A DNA stretch of 57,342 bases, counting the filler, from Trypethelium eluteriae (Eukaryota), in the NCBI GenBank assembly GCA_051942245.1. It is 3 parts of 3 records of this genome, joined end to end, with 100 filler letters (N's around TTAATTAATTAA, not from the genome) between each part and the next. Parts side by side here need not be neighbours in the genome. Positions count along the whole stretch, not along the records: positions 19,156 to 38,205 come from JAVECL010000537.1; 2 more parts are not named here. One strand, 5' to 3'. The notes below the pieces were generated by a model that was given only the letters and a program-made list of their open reading frames with translations, ran no database searches and was not told the DNA's origin. Both the position numbers and the translations under genes were made by a program. Positions 23,470-35,290 of this stretch are shown piece by piece. The first letter of the stretch is position 1, and each line of letters opens with the position of its first letter.

Positions 23470-24132
23470 ATGTCTCTCTCTACCCAACCAGCCGTGAAGG
23501 CTGTTGCGCCAAGTAAATCAAAAGGAGAATTCTTTGCTCAACTTGGCCTGTCTGAGCACTTCGAGAAGCACAGGGTGCTTTACGAGCGCATGAAGGTGAA
23601 AAACTCTCGGAGACAGTCCAGTAGAAAATTGACTCACTGAAGATGTTAGTCCGAAGCAATTCAAGGCCGAGACCGTGTCAATAGAGATCCAATGAGCTTG
23701 GCCCCTCAGTATCAAGGTCGCCCTGATATCCGACCACCCTATGAAGCCAGCCACATCACAGAAACGGCGAAACATCGAGAGATCCTGAGAATCTACAATC
23801 TTTCAAGCAGCTACACTCGACCATGGTATGACCTCGGCCGATACCAAGAGGGTGCCAATGAGGAAAACTGGATAATACGATGGTGAGGCAAATCGGAACT
23901 TGAAGAAATGCTTCTGACTCTCCTAGGTTGCTTTGGCATGTGTTTCGCTATAGTGATCATCGCAGACGAAGCGACAGTACACCCAGTTCTGGTGAGTCCA
24001 TGCGTCCCTTCGATTCACCTAATTCACACACGTCGTTTCTTGAAGCGATCCACTGGTTAGCAAAATATAGACACTAATCGCTGGACAGCACCACCTCGGA
24101 CTGTCCTGCCATACGATCCCACGATTGAATAG
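23470..24132 (+). CDS. Small four-exon hypothetical protein; exons 23470-23595, 23650-23882, 23927-23991, 24089-24132
   Basis: Three GT-AG introns join in frame: MSLSTQPAVKAVAPSKSKGEFFAQLGL...ERMK|SEAIQGRDRV...EENWIIRW|LLWHVFRYSDHRRR...|APPRTVLPYDPTIE*. Confidence 0.7.
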
Positions 24133-24750
24133 GAGTGGTGTCAACAGTGAATTGATTGTGTACCTATTCCAGTTTCCATAAGAAGGCTTGAGACAGGAAG
24201 GCGTGGACGCATACTTCTGAAAATATCGCTCTTGAGGATTTCCTTCTAGTCAAAAATGCATTGTCATCCGCTCTGTTCTCCACCACTGTGGTGGTGACTG
24301 GAGCTTTGGCTACGATCCCATCTGTTTCAAGAATTGGCAAAGTCCAATATGGACTTTAAAAAAAAACTTTCTCAACATTTTGCATTTTAGACACGAGCGG
24401 ATGATTGCTTTGTTAATTAGCATCCGCTTCTCTTTGATAGTAGACTGGCTTTTGAACACAACTTACATGATCGTGTCAATGGTACACTCTTTCTATAGAA
24501 TGTGTCAAACCAAGTGCCTCCGAGCGTTTGACTTCGCCATGACGGAGTTTTTCTTATTTAGCATTGTCGTAGCCTTGAGATCGCGGTTTGGGTCATGCTG
24601 CTGGGAGTGTGTCTTCGAGGCCCGACCTCCGGATCAGGCAGTTATGTTAAGTTGATCTCAAGTAGACGTTTGGAACAATACGATAGTGCTGGAGTCCTCT
24701 AAAGAGGTTCGCATAAAAGCAATACATAACATGGCGAACAAAGGCAATGA

Positions 24751-26442
24751 TCAGGCCTGTCTCTGACCTTGCTGGAGAATGGCCAGTGCTTGATCCATGG
24801 GGTAGCCAATAAACACTGGCCCAGTAAATAGCATTTGAGGTTGCGAGTTTGAAGTGCCATCCAGTCTCAGAGGCTGGGGTTGAGACTGAGGCTGAGTGGT
24901 ATCACCACAGCGAGCGTGGTTTTCCTTACCTGCAATTTCGGGAGTCGAAGTGGGAGAGTGCTTATCCTCGTGGCCGTTGTTAAGATGCTCTCGAAAGGGA
25001 CATTGTGGGGCTTTGCTTTTACTTGTATCGTTATTCGGTTCCTCGCCACCTTCCTTCGCATTGGCAATCTCTGCAGGCTTGCTGGAGGCGATGCTGACGG
25101 ATCGGTCGAATTTTGGGGGCACTGTGATACCCCATGGCCGACTCGGAGACTCGCCCACTCTGATGTCTTTCAACGGTCTATCGAAATGAGGCAGTCGGTC
25201 TTCTTCTTCACAATCCCGGTCATCCTTTTCCGGTGCTTTTTCCAAGTCCGCACTGACCCTTCTTGCCCATTTCTGGATCTTAGCAGCGGATTCTTGTTCG
25301 CCAGCGCCATCGCATTCTTGGGGTGGCGTGTCCGGTAGCATCGATTGGTGCTTTGCGCCGAGTCCTTGGATCATACTCACCAAGTTGCCATATTTCGCAT
25401 CTAGTTGCCGAATACTCTCAGCATTACTTTGATATCGTTTCACACAGATCTCATGGCTCCGTGGAAGTTCGTGTTTGTGTTTCTCAAAATATTGTGCAAT
25501 TTCTTCAGGTTTATGTTGGTCAAGAAACCGGATTGGGCAGATGGCGGCAGAAGCAGCCGGAGAACTCGGTTCTGCCAAGGTTTCCATTCCACATGTTTCT
25601 GCACGTATTGGGTCTTCAATCGATTGACGTCGGGAACGGATACCCTGGGGTGTGAACCGAGAAACGGAACTTTTCGATGCTGGCGAAGATCGATATCGAG
25701 AAACCACAGATGCAGCGTGACTGCTGAGTTGCTTCCCAGCCATAGATGCGAAAGGGCACCCCAATCTACTCGGTGTGCCGGGCGTAGTAAAATCTCTTTC
25801 CATGACACAGCCCAGGCTTACCTGATTCTCACTGATAGGAGGTAATGGGTTGGCCTGGTCTGCGGATGGGCCTTTCCATATCCGTACTCCCTCATCGGGG
25901 TTCTTTTTCATATGATCCTGCAGGGTCTTGACTGCCTCTTGAGCAATTCGGACTACACTGCCACGATTTCGTTCGTTATTGGAGCCAGCCGTGATCAAAT
26001 CGATCACATCTCGCGAATCATTCGAATACTGCTGGGTAGTCGCTCGCAGTTTATCTTCGAAAGCATACGCTTGCGGTGGGTTAGGAACGTTCGAGAAGCG
26101 GAAACAAAGACTAGTATACTACGAAAAAGACAATTAGCTCCTCATGAACTTCTGCCGTAGCAAGGTATTAGTCTAGCTGGGAGATGTAATCAGGAAGAAT
26201 ACTGTATATGCTACTTCAGCACTGCAGAGCAGTTACAGATCTAGAGCTAAGTGAACTCATCACGGAGATAATGAAGTATAAAATACGATATATCTGAAGC
26301 TTACCTGATTCTTTACAACAGACAGCTTAGCTTCAATATCCTGATGCCTTGAAGAAAGTTCTCTGTATTCTTCGGAAAGAGCCTCGAAGCCGGCAACGAG
26401 CTGCCCAACAAGATCCATCGTAGGCGCGGCTGCACCATCCAT
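24751..26442 (-). CDS. Conserved-looking fungal hypothetical protein; exons 26442-26305 and 26118-24751
   Basis: N-terminal coiled coil MDGAAAPTMDLVGQLVAGFEALSEEY and an in-frame GT-AG intron. Core block CPIRFLDQHKPEEIAQYFEKHKHELPRSHEICVKRYQ...DAKYGNLVSMIQGLG. Confidence 0.8.
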
Positions 26443-26877
26443 TGCAGGAGACGTCACAGACTGCGAGGCTTTCGCGGGTACTGCCGCGTTGACCCAGGAA
26501 TGATGTTTGAGGGTTAAACGGATATAGAGGCATCTGGTGACGTGTGGCTGTTCACCAACGTTGTGGTGTGGCTGTGCAAGACGCAACCAAGCCTATAGTA
26601 CGCACGTGTGGCACGGCATACCTACCTTTGAGGACCTCGACTTTATTTATTAGCTTATGCAGGCCACGATCCAAAAATCTTGTGAGTAGTCTTCCCAGCT
26701 TGATGAATTAGACACCGATTTATTGACCACACGATATCAGATTAATCCTTCCTTCCCTCTCTCGTCGCGAAACTCTACGCGACTAAACCTCAGCGAGCAG
26801 TTGTCCCCTTCAGAACTCCGAAACAGCTTCATGAGTACGACTGTCGCGCAAATCTCTTCCGACCTGTGTCGTTCACG

Positions 26878-28095
26878 ATGTCGTCCTCATTTTATCTGAC
26901 TCAACTCCGTCGGTGCCTATTGTCCTCTCCGCCGGTAGAGTGGGCCATACAACACATTCGAGAACTTCTCCTTGGTGCTTTACGCCAAGGACCAATCCCT
27001 CAGCATGTCGCTTTCGTAATGGATGGAAATAGACGCTTTGCTAGGCAGCATCATATAGAGACGATAGAAGGTCATAACATGGGCTTTGAAGCATTGGCTA
27101 GAGTGCGTAAGTGAAGGGTGCAGGCAGAATTCGACCACTGACGGCAATGGCGCACAGATACTGGAAGTCTGCTATAAGTCCGGCGTGAAGGTTGTGACGA
27201 TTTATGCATTCAGCATCGAAAACTTTCAACGGTCTCAGTACGAAGTGGATCATCTTATGGAGATAGCCAAAGTCAAATTATCGCAGATGTCACAGCATGG
27301 AGATCTCATGGATCGCTACGGTGCCAGCATTAGGATCATTGGTAGAAGAGACCTGCTTCGGGAAGACGTGAAAGTTGAATTGGACAAAGCTGCAGCTCTG
27401 ACAAAGGACAACAACAAGTAAGTCGGGCGGGACGCCTGAGACTTGATTCGATCTGACTCTTCATCAGAGCGATCCTGAACGTTTGCTTTCCGTACACGTC
27501 AAGGGACGAGATCACAACAGCTGTTCGAGAGACCGTCGTCGACTACCTCAAACCTGTCCCGCCACGCCGAAGACCATTCTCAGAGACGCACATCGCCCGC
27601 AACATCCGAGCTCGTCACGTCCACAGCGCTCAGGAACGCAGAGACATGCTACGAGATGTGGAAGCAGCAGTGGAGGCCGAAACATCTGATTCGGTGTCAT
27701 CTTCGACTACGCTACATCCCGGTTCATCTACTAGTACAGGGCAGCTCGAAGATAATATGACCACAGATACAAGCATTAATGGTGCGGAATACTCGGCCGT
27801 ACTTCCAGATGTGGAAGCTATCACTCCTGCAGTATTGGAAGAGCACATGTTCACACGCGACACACCACCTCTTGAGCTACTCGTCCGAACTTCAGGAGTC
27901 GAGCGTTTGAGTGACTTCATGCTATGGCAATGCCACGAGCACACAACGATTCGCTTCCTCAAATGTCTGTGGCCCGAGTTCGACCTTTGGCACTTTTTGC
28001 CGGTGTTGTGGGAATGGCAGTGGCAGCAACGACGCCGAACCTTGACTTCTTGGAATGGGAATTCACATGCGATAGGACCAGTAAAGGTCCAATAG
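26878..28095 (+). CDS. RER2: cis-prenyltransferase / dehydrodolichyl diphosphate synthase (3 exons)
   Basis: PQHVAFVMDGNRRFAR, TIYAFSIENFQRS, LNVCFPYTSRDEI, LLVRTSGVERLSDFMLWQ. Introns at ~27104-27158 and ~27418-27467. Confidence 0.93.
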
Positions 28096-28300
28096 TGAAT
28101 GCGATTATCCAATCTACCCATAGCTCGGAGCATTGAAAATCCATTTCTCAGCGAGTTTATTCGAGAACGGTCAATCAAGCATTCAGCGTCATGTTTCCCG
28201 CAGTTTCAAGTAATCTGTACGATACCCGCCCTTGTGTTCAGCGTCTTGGCGATTATGGCTGCTGCAAGGGGCAAGCAATGAGTGTATTGCACAGCCTGGG

Positions 28301-29970
28301 TCAAAGTGCCGGTGCTTCCCAGGCGTCCCGCTTTATTTTCATTAGGTTGGATTGCTTGTGCGGAAGGCTGATCTCCCTTTCTTTGTAGAATCCTGCTTGA
28401 ACAAGATACCTGGCTAACCTGCATAGATGTGTGAGCATTAATTGTATCATAGACCTGAATAAACCCACTTTTCATTATCGACCCTGGGCTCCAACGTGAC
28501 GCAGCGAGTCCGAAGGTCAGCCAGCCAACAATAGTGAACGAGAGAGCTTAGCCAGATCTTCACGCGGTGAGGACCTCTGAACTCTTGCTCGCCGACCAGG
28601 CAGTGAATTCCTCGATCCCAGTCATCAACGTCGCCACCAATATATCTGGCAAGTCGATCCTCCTTGACCCAGTAGATCTCAAAGTAGCCGAATGGCTTGC
28701 CATCCCAGCAACCAATAACAGGCATTGAGTGCTTGCTTTTCAAGCCCGTCCGTAGGAATTCTTCCTGGTGAGTTCTAGGACCTGCTTCACCCCACGAATA
28801 GTTGACGCGAGAATCGTTCATCCATCTATGGAGGAGATCAATATCCAGTTCCTCAGTAGCAGGGCCACCTGGAGTAGAGGCCCCAGGGTCAGTTGGCAGA
28901 CCCTTGATGTTGCGGAACGCAGCAATGGTGGGAAGTGCAGGACTTGCTGATTTCGGGGACGACTGGATAGCTGAGAGCGACGCTACGCGGAACGACAGAT
29001 ATTGCCCCACGCTCGGCACATAGCGTGTGTAGAATGTTTCTCCTTGGCGCGGCGGTTTTGGCCTAATTGGGTGTCGCACATCATTTGTAAATGTATATTG
29101 AGTCGGTGGGGGTGGATAATAAGTTGGCAAATGACTTGAGGATTGAAATGGGGCCGAAGCTGAAGAAAGGGGGGCCCAGAGTCCTGACGAAGACGACTCA
29201 ATTTGGCTTTCGGGCCTGACAGGACTGAAATTGCCTTCTCGAGTTGGAGAGCTAGGTCGAGACGTGTACGGTGATCCGGCAGGGAATGGAGAGTTGCCTC
29301 CTACTGGCGAAAGAGTGAAAAGATAGAGCCTTGCATCGAGCTGCCAGAAGGACCGCCTGCTCACAAACATGTGCTGCCATCCTTCACCGCTTCTCTCATC
29401 TGCATCGATGCCAACGCTTGAGTCCTCGCAAGAGATAAGACCCATCCGCTCCAACTTGGGAAGGAGATGCTTGCCTTTGAAGATGCCCTCTCGGTTAATG
29501 TTAATCCGCCATTCGCCCTTAGGCTTGCCAGCGTCAGCAGTGTTCGAAGAGGTTCGGTTTGTAATCCTAGGATTTGGTTCCTCTTGATGAAAATACCACC
29601 ATAATGTAGCCCAGAGCATCATAGCTATTTGCCTTGTCGGAGAACTTGCTGGTCGGAAGTCTCTACTGCTAGGATTTGAGATCGAAGAGAGATAGATATG
29701 GTCATGCTGAAGAGTCGGCTTCCGGAATCGATGAACGTGGTGATGCTTGCTGTGTTCGGCTGGCGTCTCGGCTCTGGAAGTGTCTGGATCCTGCTGATTT
29801 TTCCCCTGATGGTCTTCCTCATCGTCCTCGGAGTTCAGAATAACAGTCCACCCAGGTGGGAATGTTGAGTGATGAGTATTCAGATCATTGGCCTTGAAAG
29901 ATAATCCACCGAATACAGGGGTAACCGTCAGCGTTTGGCCATTTGGAAGATGTACCAGCGCAGGCGTCAT
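28301..29970 (-). CDS. sidL: Siderophore-biosynthesis GNAT acyltransferase (AlcB/IucB domain; SidL-like N5-hydroxyornithine acetyltransferase)
   Basis: HPIRPKPPRQGETFYTRYVP, LLHRWMNDSRV, GYFEIYWVKED, DRGIHCLVGE, EPRVDN. A last exon LARYLVQAGFYKEREISLPHKQSNLMKIKRDAWEAPAL* follows an intron near 28406-28467. Confidence 0.85.
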
Positions 29971-30486
29971 CTTGATACCTAGTAATGCACGTCGTTCTAG
30001 GTCCTTTCTGTCGAGCTAAGCGGTCCACACGCTTTAAGATCAGGTCATACTATGGATCATATGAAGAGTGACGGAAGAAATTGCGACCTAAAATCTATCA
30101 ATGTAGCCCTGCAGGTGACCGAGTAATAAAAGTCACGGTTTTACTTCGTTCTCATCAACAAAATAAGAAGGTTGTTGGGGAAAAGTTTTTGCTGGAACGC
30201 CACATTTGCCGCTTCGGTCCTCGCCTGTCACCAAGCCGCTAGAGTTGTGCCAGTACGGAGTACCACTAGTAGATACGCCAAGCAACCTGGATTTACCTCA
30301 GACTCAAGCAGAATGTAGTCAAATGGATTGGCAGATATGCCAAGTATATTATCGGAAGAAGTACAAATATGTACAGACAATTATTGACAATAGACTATGA
30401 TACGCCTATTTCATGGCTCATACCCTTCATGATCTACAATGCAGTAGAGCAAAGCTTAGAACGCCCATACATCATGGTATCTCATG

Positions 30487-32309
30487 TTATCTCGTGTGCA
30501 ATCCCTCTGGCGTAAAGCCCCTATCTCTGTCTAACCGGCCTCTTTCCCGCGACTTGAAGACCCACAATCCCAGACAAAGTGGTAAAGGTACAACAGCAAC
30601 AGCGACTGCAGCTTCGAAAACCAATGCAGGCTTCATACTCTCAAATGGCTCATCCGCCCATGTCCCTTTGAGTGCATCCATGACAATGATGAATATCGCT
30701 CCTAGCAGTTGACCACCGACCCAGCAAGTTGTCGAAGAAATTTCGGGAGAAATAGGAAAGGTGATCTCAACAAGGTATTCAAGTGCCACCGGCAGCAAAG
30801 CGAAGGAGGATGCGCCGAGAATGGAACAAATGATGTATGGACCCGCCACAGTCCGCGTTTGCGGCGCCCAGATAAGTGCTACGTACTAAGCCTCGTCAGC
30901 GTTTAGAACATGCAACAAGCATAAGTAACCTCGGACGGTGTTCAAATGACTCATTCATCGTAAAATCGCTAATGCTTACCATGATCGCAATGACTGGGAC
31001 CAATATCTTGATGGCAAGAGTGTACTGCTTCGTTCGGTCTATCAAAGGTGACACCACCGCCGACGTAAGTAGGCCGACAACAATGAGAAGCGCACCAGCA
31101 ATGCCGGCATCAGTCTCGGAAAAGCCGTATGGTTCGAATATCTGGTTCAGAAGAGAAGAAGCAGCGTTAAAGAAACCAACGTAAACACTGAATGGGATGA
31201 GTATCAAATAAAAGGACGCATTGCCCTTTAAAGCTTTGTATGTTTCCTTGAGGGGTGTTTTGGTCTGTGACGACGAAGCTGAGGGAGGAGTGGGTGGCGC
31301 TTTGGGAATGAAGAACGAGGGTAGTGAGGCCACAGTGGACTTCAGCAATTAGTAGCAGTAACATAATAAGCTCAATGATACCTACTATAATCGCAGTGTA
31401 CAGCACGGCATCAGGTATTTGCGAAGGCTCTGTTGCCCAAATGGGACCAATCAACTGACCCAACGCCCCTCCAAATGGGTTTGCAAGAGATCTAGCTGCT
31501 GGTTAGCTCTGAGATCTGAGATACCGACTAGGGAAGAGGAGCACGAACGCGATAGCAGTGGCTGAAATTCTGCCTTTGTCGGTAAACCAAAGATCGCTAT
31601 ACCCTAAACGACTTCTCAGAACCCGAGTGATAATATCTTTCTCGAAGACACTTACGAGTTGGAGCTGACAACACGAATGGTTGCGCAAACCCAATAAGGA
31701 TCTGGCCAAACATAACAAGCCCAAAGTGGCCTCCAGTAGCACGGGCACCAGCATATCGAATCCAGTTACCGAACAGGGTAAAGACGCTTGCAGCAATGAT
31801 GGCTGGTTTGGGGCCACCCTTGTTTAATGTCCAGATGACGGCGCTATTAGGATTTAGGCATTTGCCTGATAACTCAAAAGATCTGGCGGAGTACTTACGG
31901 ACTGATAACAACGAAGGCGAACAAGAAACCAGTACTCAGCCAATTAATGACACCCTGGGAGACGCCAAAGTATTGTGACGATGTTGACGAGACAGCGGCA
32001 AAGGTGAGCCACTAAAGAGAATCAGTCCAAAGAGTCCTACACAACGACAATGTAAGAGACAAAGTTCCATACGTCCCAGCTGACAATAATGTTAAGTAGA
32101 ATGAGCTGTATCAGGCCGAACCATCGTCGCTTGTACACGCGGTACTCCTGTTGGCTCCCATCTTCTTGAGGGAGAAGGGCCTCGGCTTGGGCACGCAACC
32201 GATCAGAAGGCGCTGGCTCCGTTGGAGATACTGGGCCCTCCTCATGTGCTGAGTGTGGTCTCGGTGATTCGGTATCGTTAGAAGTCAATCGCTCCATTCC
32301 AGTTGGCAT
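30487..32309 (-). CDS. MFS transporter, FLVCR/SLC49-like, multi-exon
   Basis: [77 protein letters not shown], and multiple TM segments. Confidence 0.88.
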
Positions 32310-32733
32310 AATGGAGGATAAAGGTCATTGGATGGGAACCTGCACCACAATGACATATCATTTACCACAGACGAACAGCAGGCATTTGAGACACACGAAT
32401 TTTTGAGAGCACGGTTTCGTGAGATGGCCTCGGCAGTGCTTTAGAGAGTGTAAGGGACGGGAGCTCTCCTAATCTAATTTCACGAGTCTCCGAGTGGTGG
32501 GTACTGCGTCACGCCACGCTACTCCCACCTCGGCGCGATCCGAGCATCTCCTGCAGGTTCCCCCTGGTGATGCGAGGTGTCACGGAGTACTAACTCAAGT
32601 CCGTCTCCAAGTGTGACTAATATTTAAAGTGGTGCATGCACCCGATTTGCAATTCCTACTCGCTGTCAAATCGATGATAACGGTAGCTATACATATAATG
32701 TAGGTAAATAAGACCTCGTCAGTCTCAAAGTTA

Positions 32734-34932
32734 TCAGCTTACTCCCGCCAATTCGAGTAGGGGCTGGGGTAAGCCTTCGGGCTCGATGCCAACTGGCTCC
32801 CAAGACTTTTTATCTCTCTTGTTCTGGCCCCAGATCACGTCGCCTTTCAAGTACAATAACACTCCGCCTTTTCCTGAAGCGCTCGCTGTCATTCTAAACA
32901 GAGGCTGGCCGGATGTTTCTTGCGCCTCCCTCATGGGAATAAAAAGCAGACCTTCCTCACTGCACCACTCCTCGACCGCGTCCTTAAAAGTGCATTCCTC
33001 AAATTCGCGACGTGCCTTTGTTTGTGCTTCAGTTTTGCCGCCGGAAACTGAAGGCAAGGCGGGACCGGGTGCGATAGGCCGCGATGGTCCTGCCACGGGT
33101 CGTGCTATGTCTTGCATTACCTTACCAGCTTCATAGAGATCTGCGGCCGAATTCATCATTTCCAATCCTTTCTGCCACTCCTGCGTGACTGATGTAGTGG
33201 CACTTATATCAGCAGGAAGATAACCGTGCCACCATTCAAACCAGTCTGCAACCTCGTCGAGTCTTGCGCCTGGATCAGGCAAGGACAACCACTGATAGAG
33301 CGCATCGAGCCATTTCGGGAAGAATTCTGCAGCCAATACTTGTCCGATTACGGATGGCTTGAAATGGTCGCTCCAGGCCAAGACTTGCTCAAGTGAGGTG
33401 AGATCTTGATCCGACGGATCTACAATGAAAGAATCTAGCAAGTGGTGGGCTAGCCGTGGGAGTAGACTATTCCGGAGAACTTTGTCTAACTCTTCACACA
33501 ACAAATTGCGCCACTGTTCAAGGCCTGGCATGATTCCTCTCCTAATATCCCAACTTTTAAGCGCAACTTTTAACTTGCTTTTGACTTCAGTCAAGAGACC
33601 ATGAGCGCTTCCAAGATCCATGTGAGCGTCACCTAAATGCTGCAGCCACGGGAATAGCCAGACGTGTGGTAATTTGCGTTTCCGAGATGATCGTGGGTCC
33701 CAGCTATGGAGGTTAGTGGATAGTTTTCCAAAAATGAGTTCATCTACAAATCGATGGAAGACGAATGGAGGAAGGACGGGTTTCCAAGCTTCCACTAGTC
33801 GAAGTAGAGGCTCCGAGTCTTCGACAACCCATTCATTCGTGACGACACCTCGCATCTTCGGTAGCCACGAAGAGGACATCATGGACTCATAGAGAGATGA
33901 GCTCGGTTGGGAGGTGTATCCATCAAGCTGGTCTTCTTCCTGGTCCAAGCTGGAATCCTTCGAATTGATTCCTAGAATGATCCGTAATTTCTGTAGGTCT
34001 CCTACTATGTAATCTGGGTTGGATAAAGGGTCCCAGAGATCCATTGACCTCTTGAACAAGGGATGTATTGCAGCTACTGCAGTCTCTTCGAGGATCGTCG
34101 AAGAAGGATCCGTAGCATACTCAGATTGGATTGTTTCAAGTTGCTTGACAAGCTGACCCCATCTTTCGCTCATCTGCTCTTCCTCAACAAAGCCGTCCAA
34201 TTTGATCTCTTGTAGCCGCTCTGCCGTGTTAACTATATCGTTCAATCTGGTAATGTCGTGATCCTGCTCCTCAATCTCTTGCTGTACTTCGCCCTGTCGA
34301 CGAGTGACATATTCTTTCCGTTCTTTCAATTGATTCCAGTGATTAGCAAAGGCCTCAAGTTCCCGTTGCGCCCTGAGGGCAATTTTCTCGGCTTCTGTAG
34401 TAGAAAAAGAATTTGTACTGCTATTCGGAGTCATCAAGCCCGCTGTGGATGTGAGGACCTTGGATTTGGTACCTGTAGCATCGATGAGGGATTTGAGGAC
34501 ATTGGCCTCCCCCAGATCATCTGCCAGACTTTGAATATTCGCAGCTACACGGTACTGGGTTCGAGGCCGTGAAGTAGGAGTGCTGGTCCTGCCAGGCGCG
34601 CCTGATCGTGCTGTTTCTCTCCGCCGTCGCCTTGCCTTGCGCTCTTCTTCGGAGGAGTCTTCGTACTCCTCACCGCGACGAGCTGCTGCTCTTTTCGCCT
34701 CACTCTTCGCCTGCTCTGTCTTTTCCTTGACCGTGCCCAGCCCAGCTCCTTGCGGTCGCTGCTTAACCTCGATCGGATTGATGATACCTTCACCGTGCTC
34801 ACCCAAGCCTTGCCCTGTTTGGTGGCCCATCTTTTGCATCATGCGCTCAGCGAAGGACATCTTTTTGGGAGGCCCTCCATCATCGGAGTCAGCTTTGCGC
34901 TTCTGGCCAAAGCCATTCGTTGTGGGAGGCAT
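32734..34932 (-). CDS. TFP11: G-patch spliceosome disassembly factor (TFIP11/Ntr1/Spp382 family)
   Basis: G-patch SFAERMMQKMGHQTGQGLGEHGEGIINPIEVKQRPQGAGLG; GCFC-like LPHVWLFPWL and AEFFPKW; C-terminal FKDAVEEWCSEEGLLFIP. Confidence 0.9.
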   Translation of the reverse strand: MPPTTNGFGQKRKADSDDGGPPKKMSFAERMMQKMGHQTGQGLGEHGEGIINPIEVKQRPQGAGLGTVKEKTEQAKSEAKRAAARRGEEYEDSSEEERKARRRRRETARSGAPGRTSTPTSRPRTQYRVAANIQSLADDLGEANVLKSLIDATGTKSKVLTSTAGLMTPNSSTNSFSTTEAEKIALRAQRELEAFANHWNQLKERKEYVTRRQGEVQQEIEEQDHDITRLNDIVNTAERLQEIKLDGFVEEEQMSERWGQLVKQLETIQSEYATDPSSTILEETAVAAIHPLFKRSMDLWDPLSNPDYIVGDLQKLRIILGINSKDSSLDQEEDQLDGYTSQPSSSLYESMMSSSWLPKMRGVVTNEWVVEDSEPLLRLVEAWKPVLPPFVFHRFVDELIFGKLSTNLHSWDPRSSRKRKLPHVWLFPWLQHLGDAHMDLGSAHGLLTEVKSKLKVALKSWDIRRGIMPGLEQWRNLLCEELDKVLRNSLLPRLAHHLLDSFIVDPSDQDLTSLEQVLAWSDHFKPSVIGQVLAAEFFPKWLDALYQWLSLPDPGARLDEVADWFEWWHGYLPADISATTSVTQEWQKGLEMMNSAADLYEAGKVMQDIARPVAGPSRPIAPGPALPSVSGGKTEAQTKARREFEECTFKDAVEEWCSEEGLLFIPMREAQETSGQPLFRMTASASGKGGVLLYLKGDVIWGQNKRDKKSWEPVGIEPEGLPQPLLELAGVS

Positions 34933-35290
34933 AGCGCTGGGCGGGTGGAGGGCAGGAGATGCGTGGAAAGGTAATTTCTGGAGAGAGGATGAGAAGCTGC
35001 AGGTGGGTGGTGCAGAAGGATGCTGTGCACAAAATAAAGTTATGCGTAACGCGATCGTGTTCCTCGTGTAATCGTAACCTATTTTGGGCGAGGATCAAAT
35101 ATTTATTGCATCTGCACCTGCGAGACCCTGATAGCGCTAAATTTTCTTGGATTTGCCCCAGCAATGGTGCTCCCTTCCCGACTCCCCGACTAGTACAGCA
35201 CGCGACTCCAACCTTCTCCCTCACCCTTATTCTGCCCTCCTCGCCTCCCCTCTCTCCGTGTCTCTCTGTATCAATCCTCTTCATACCGTC

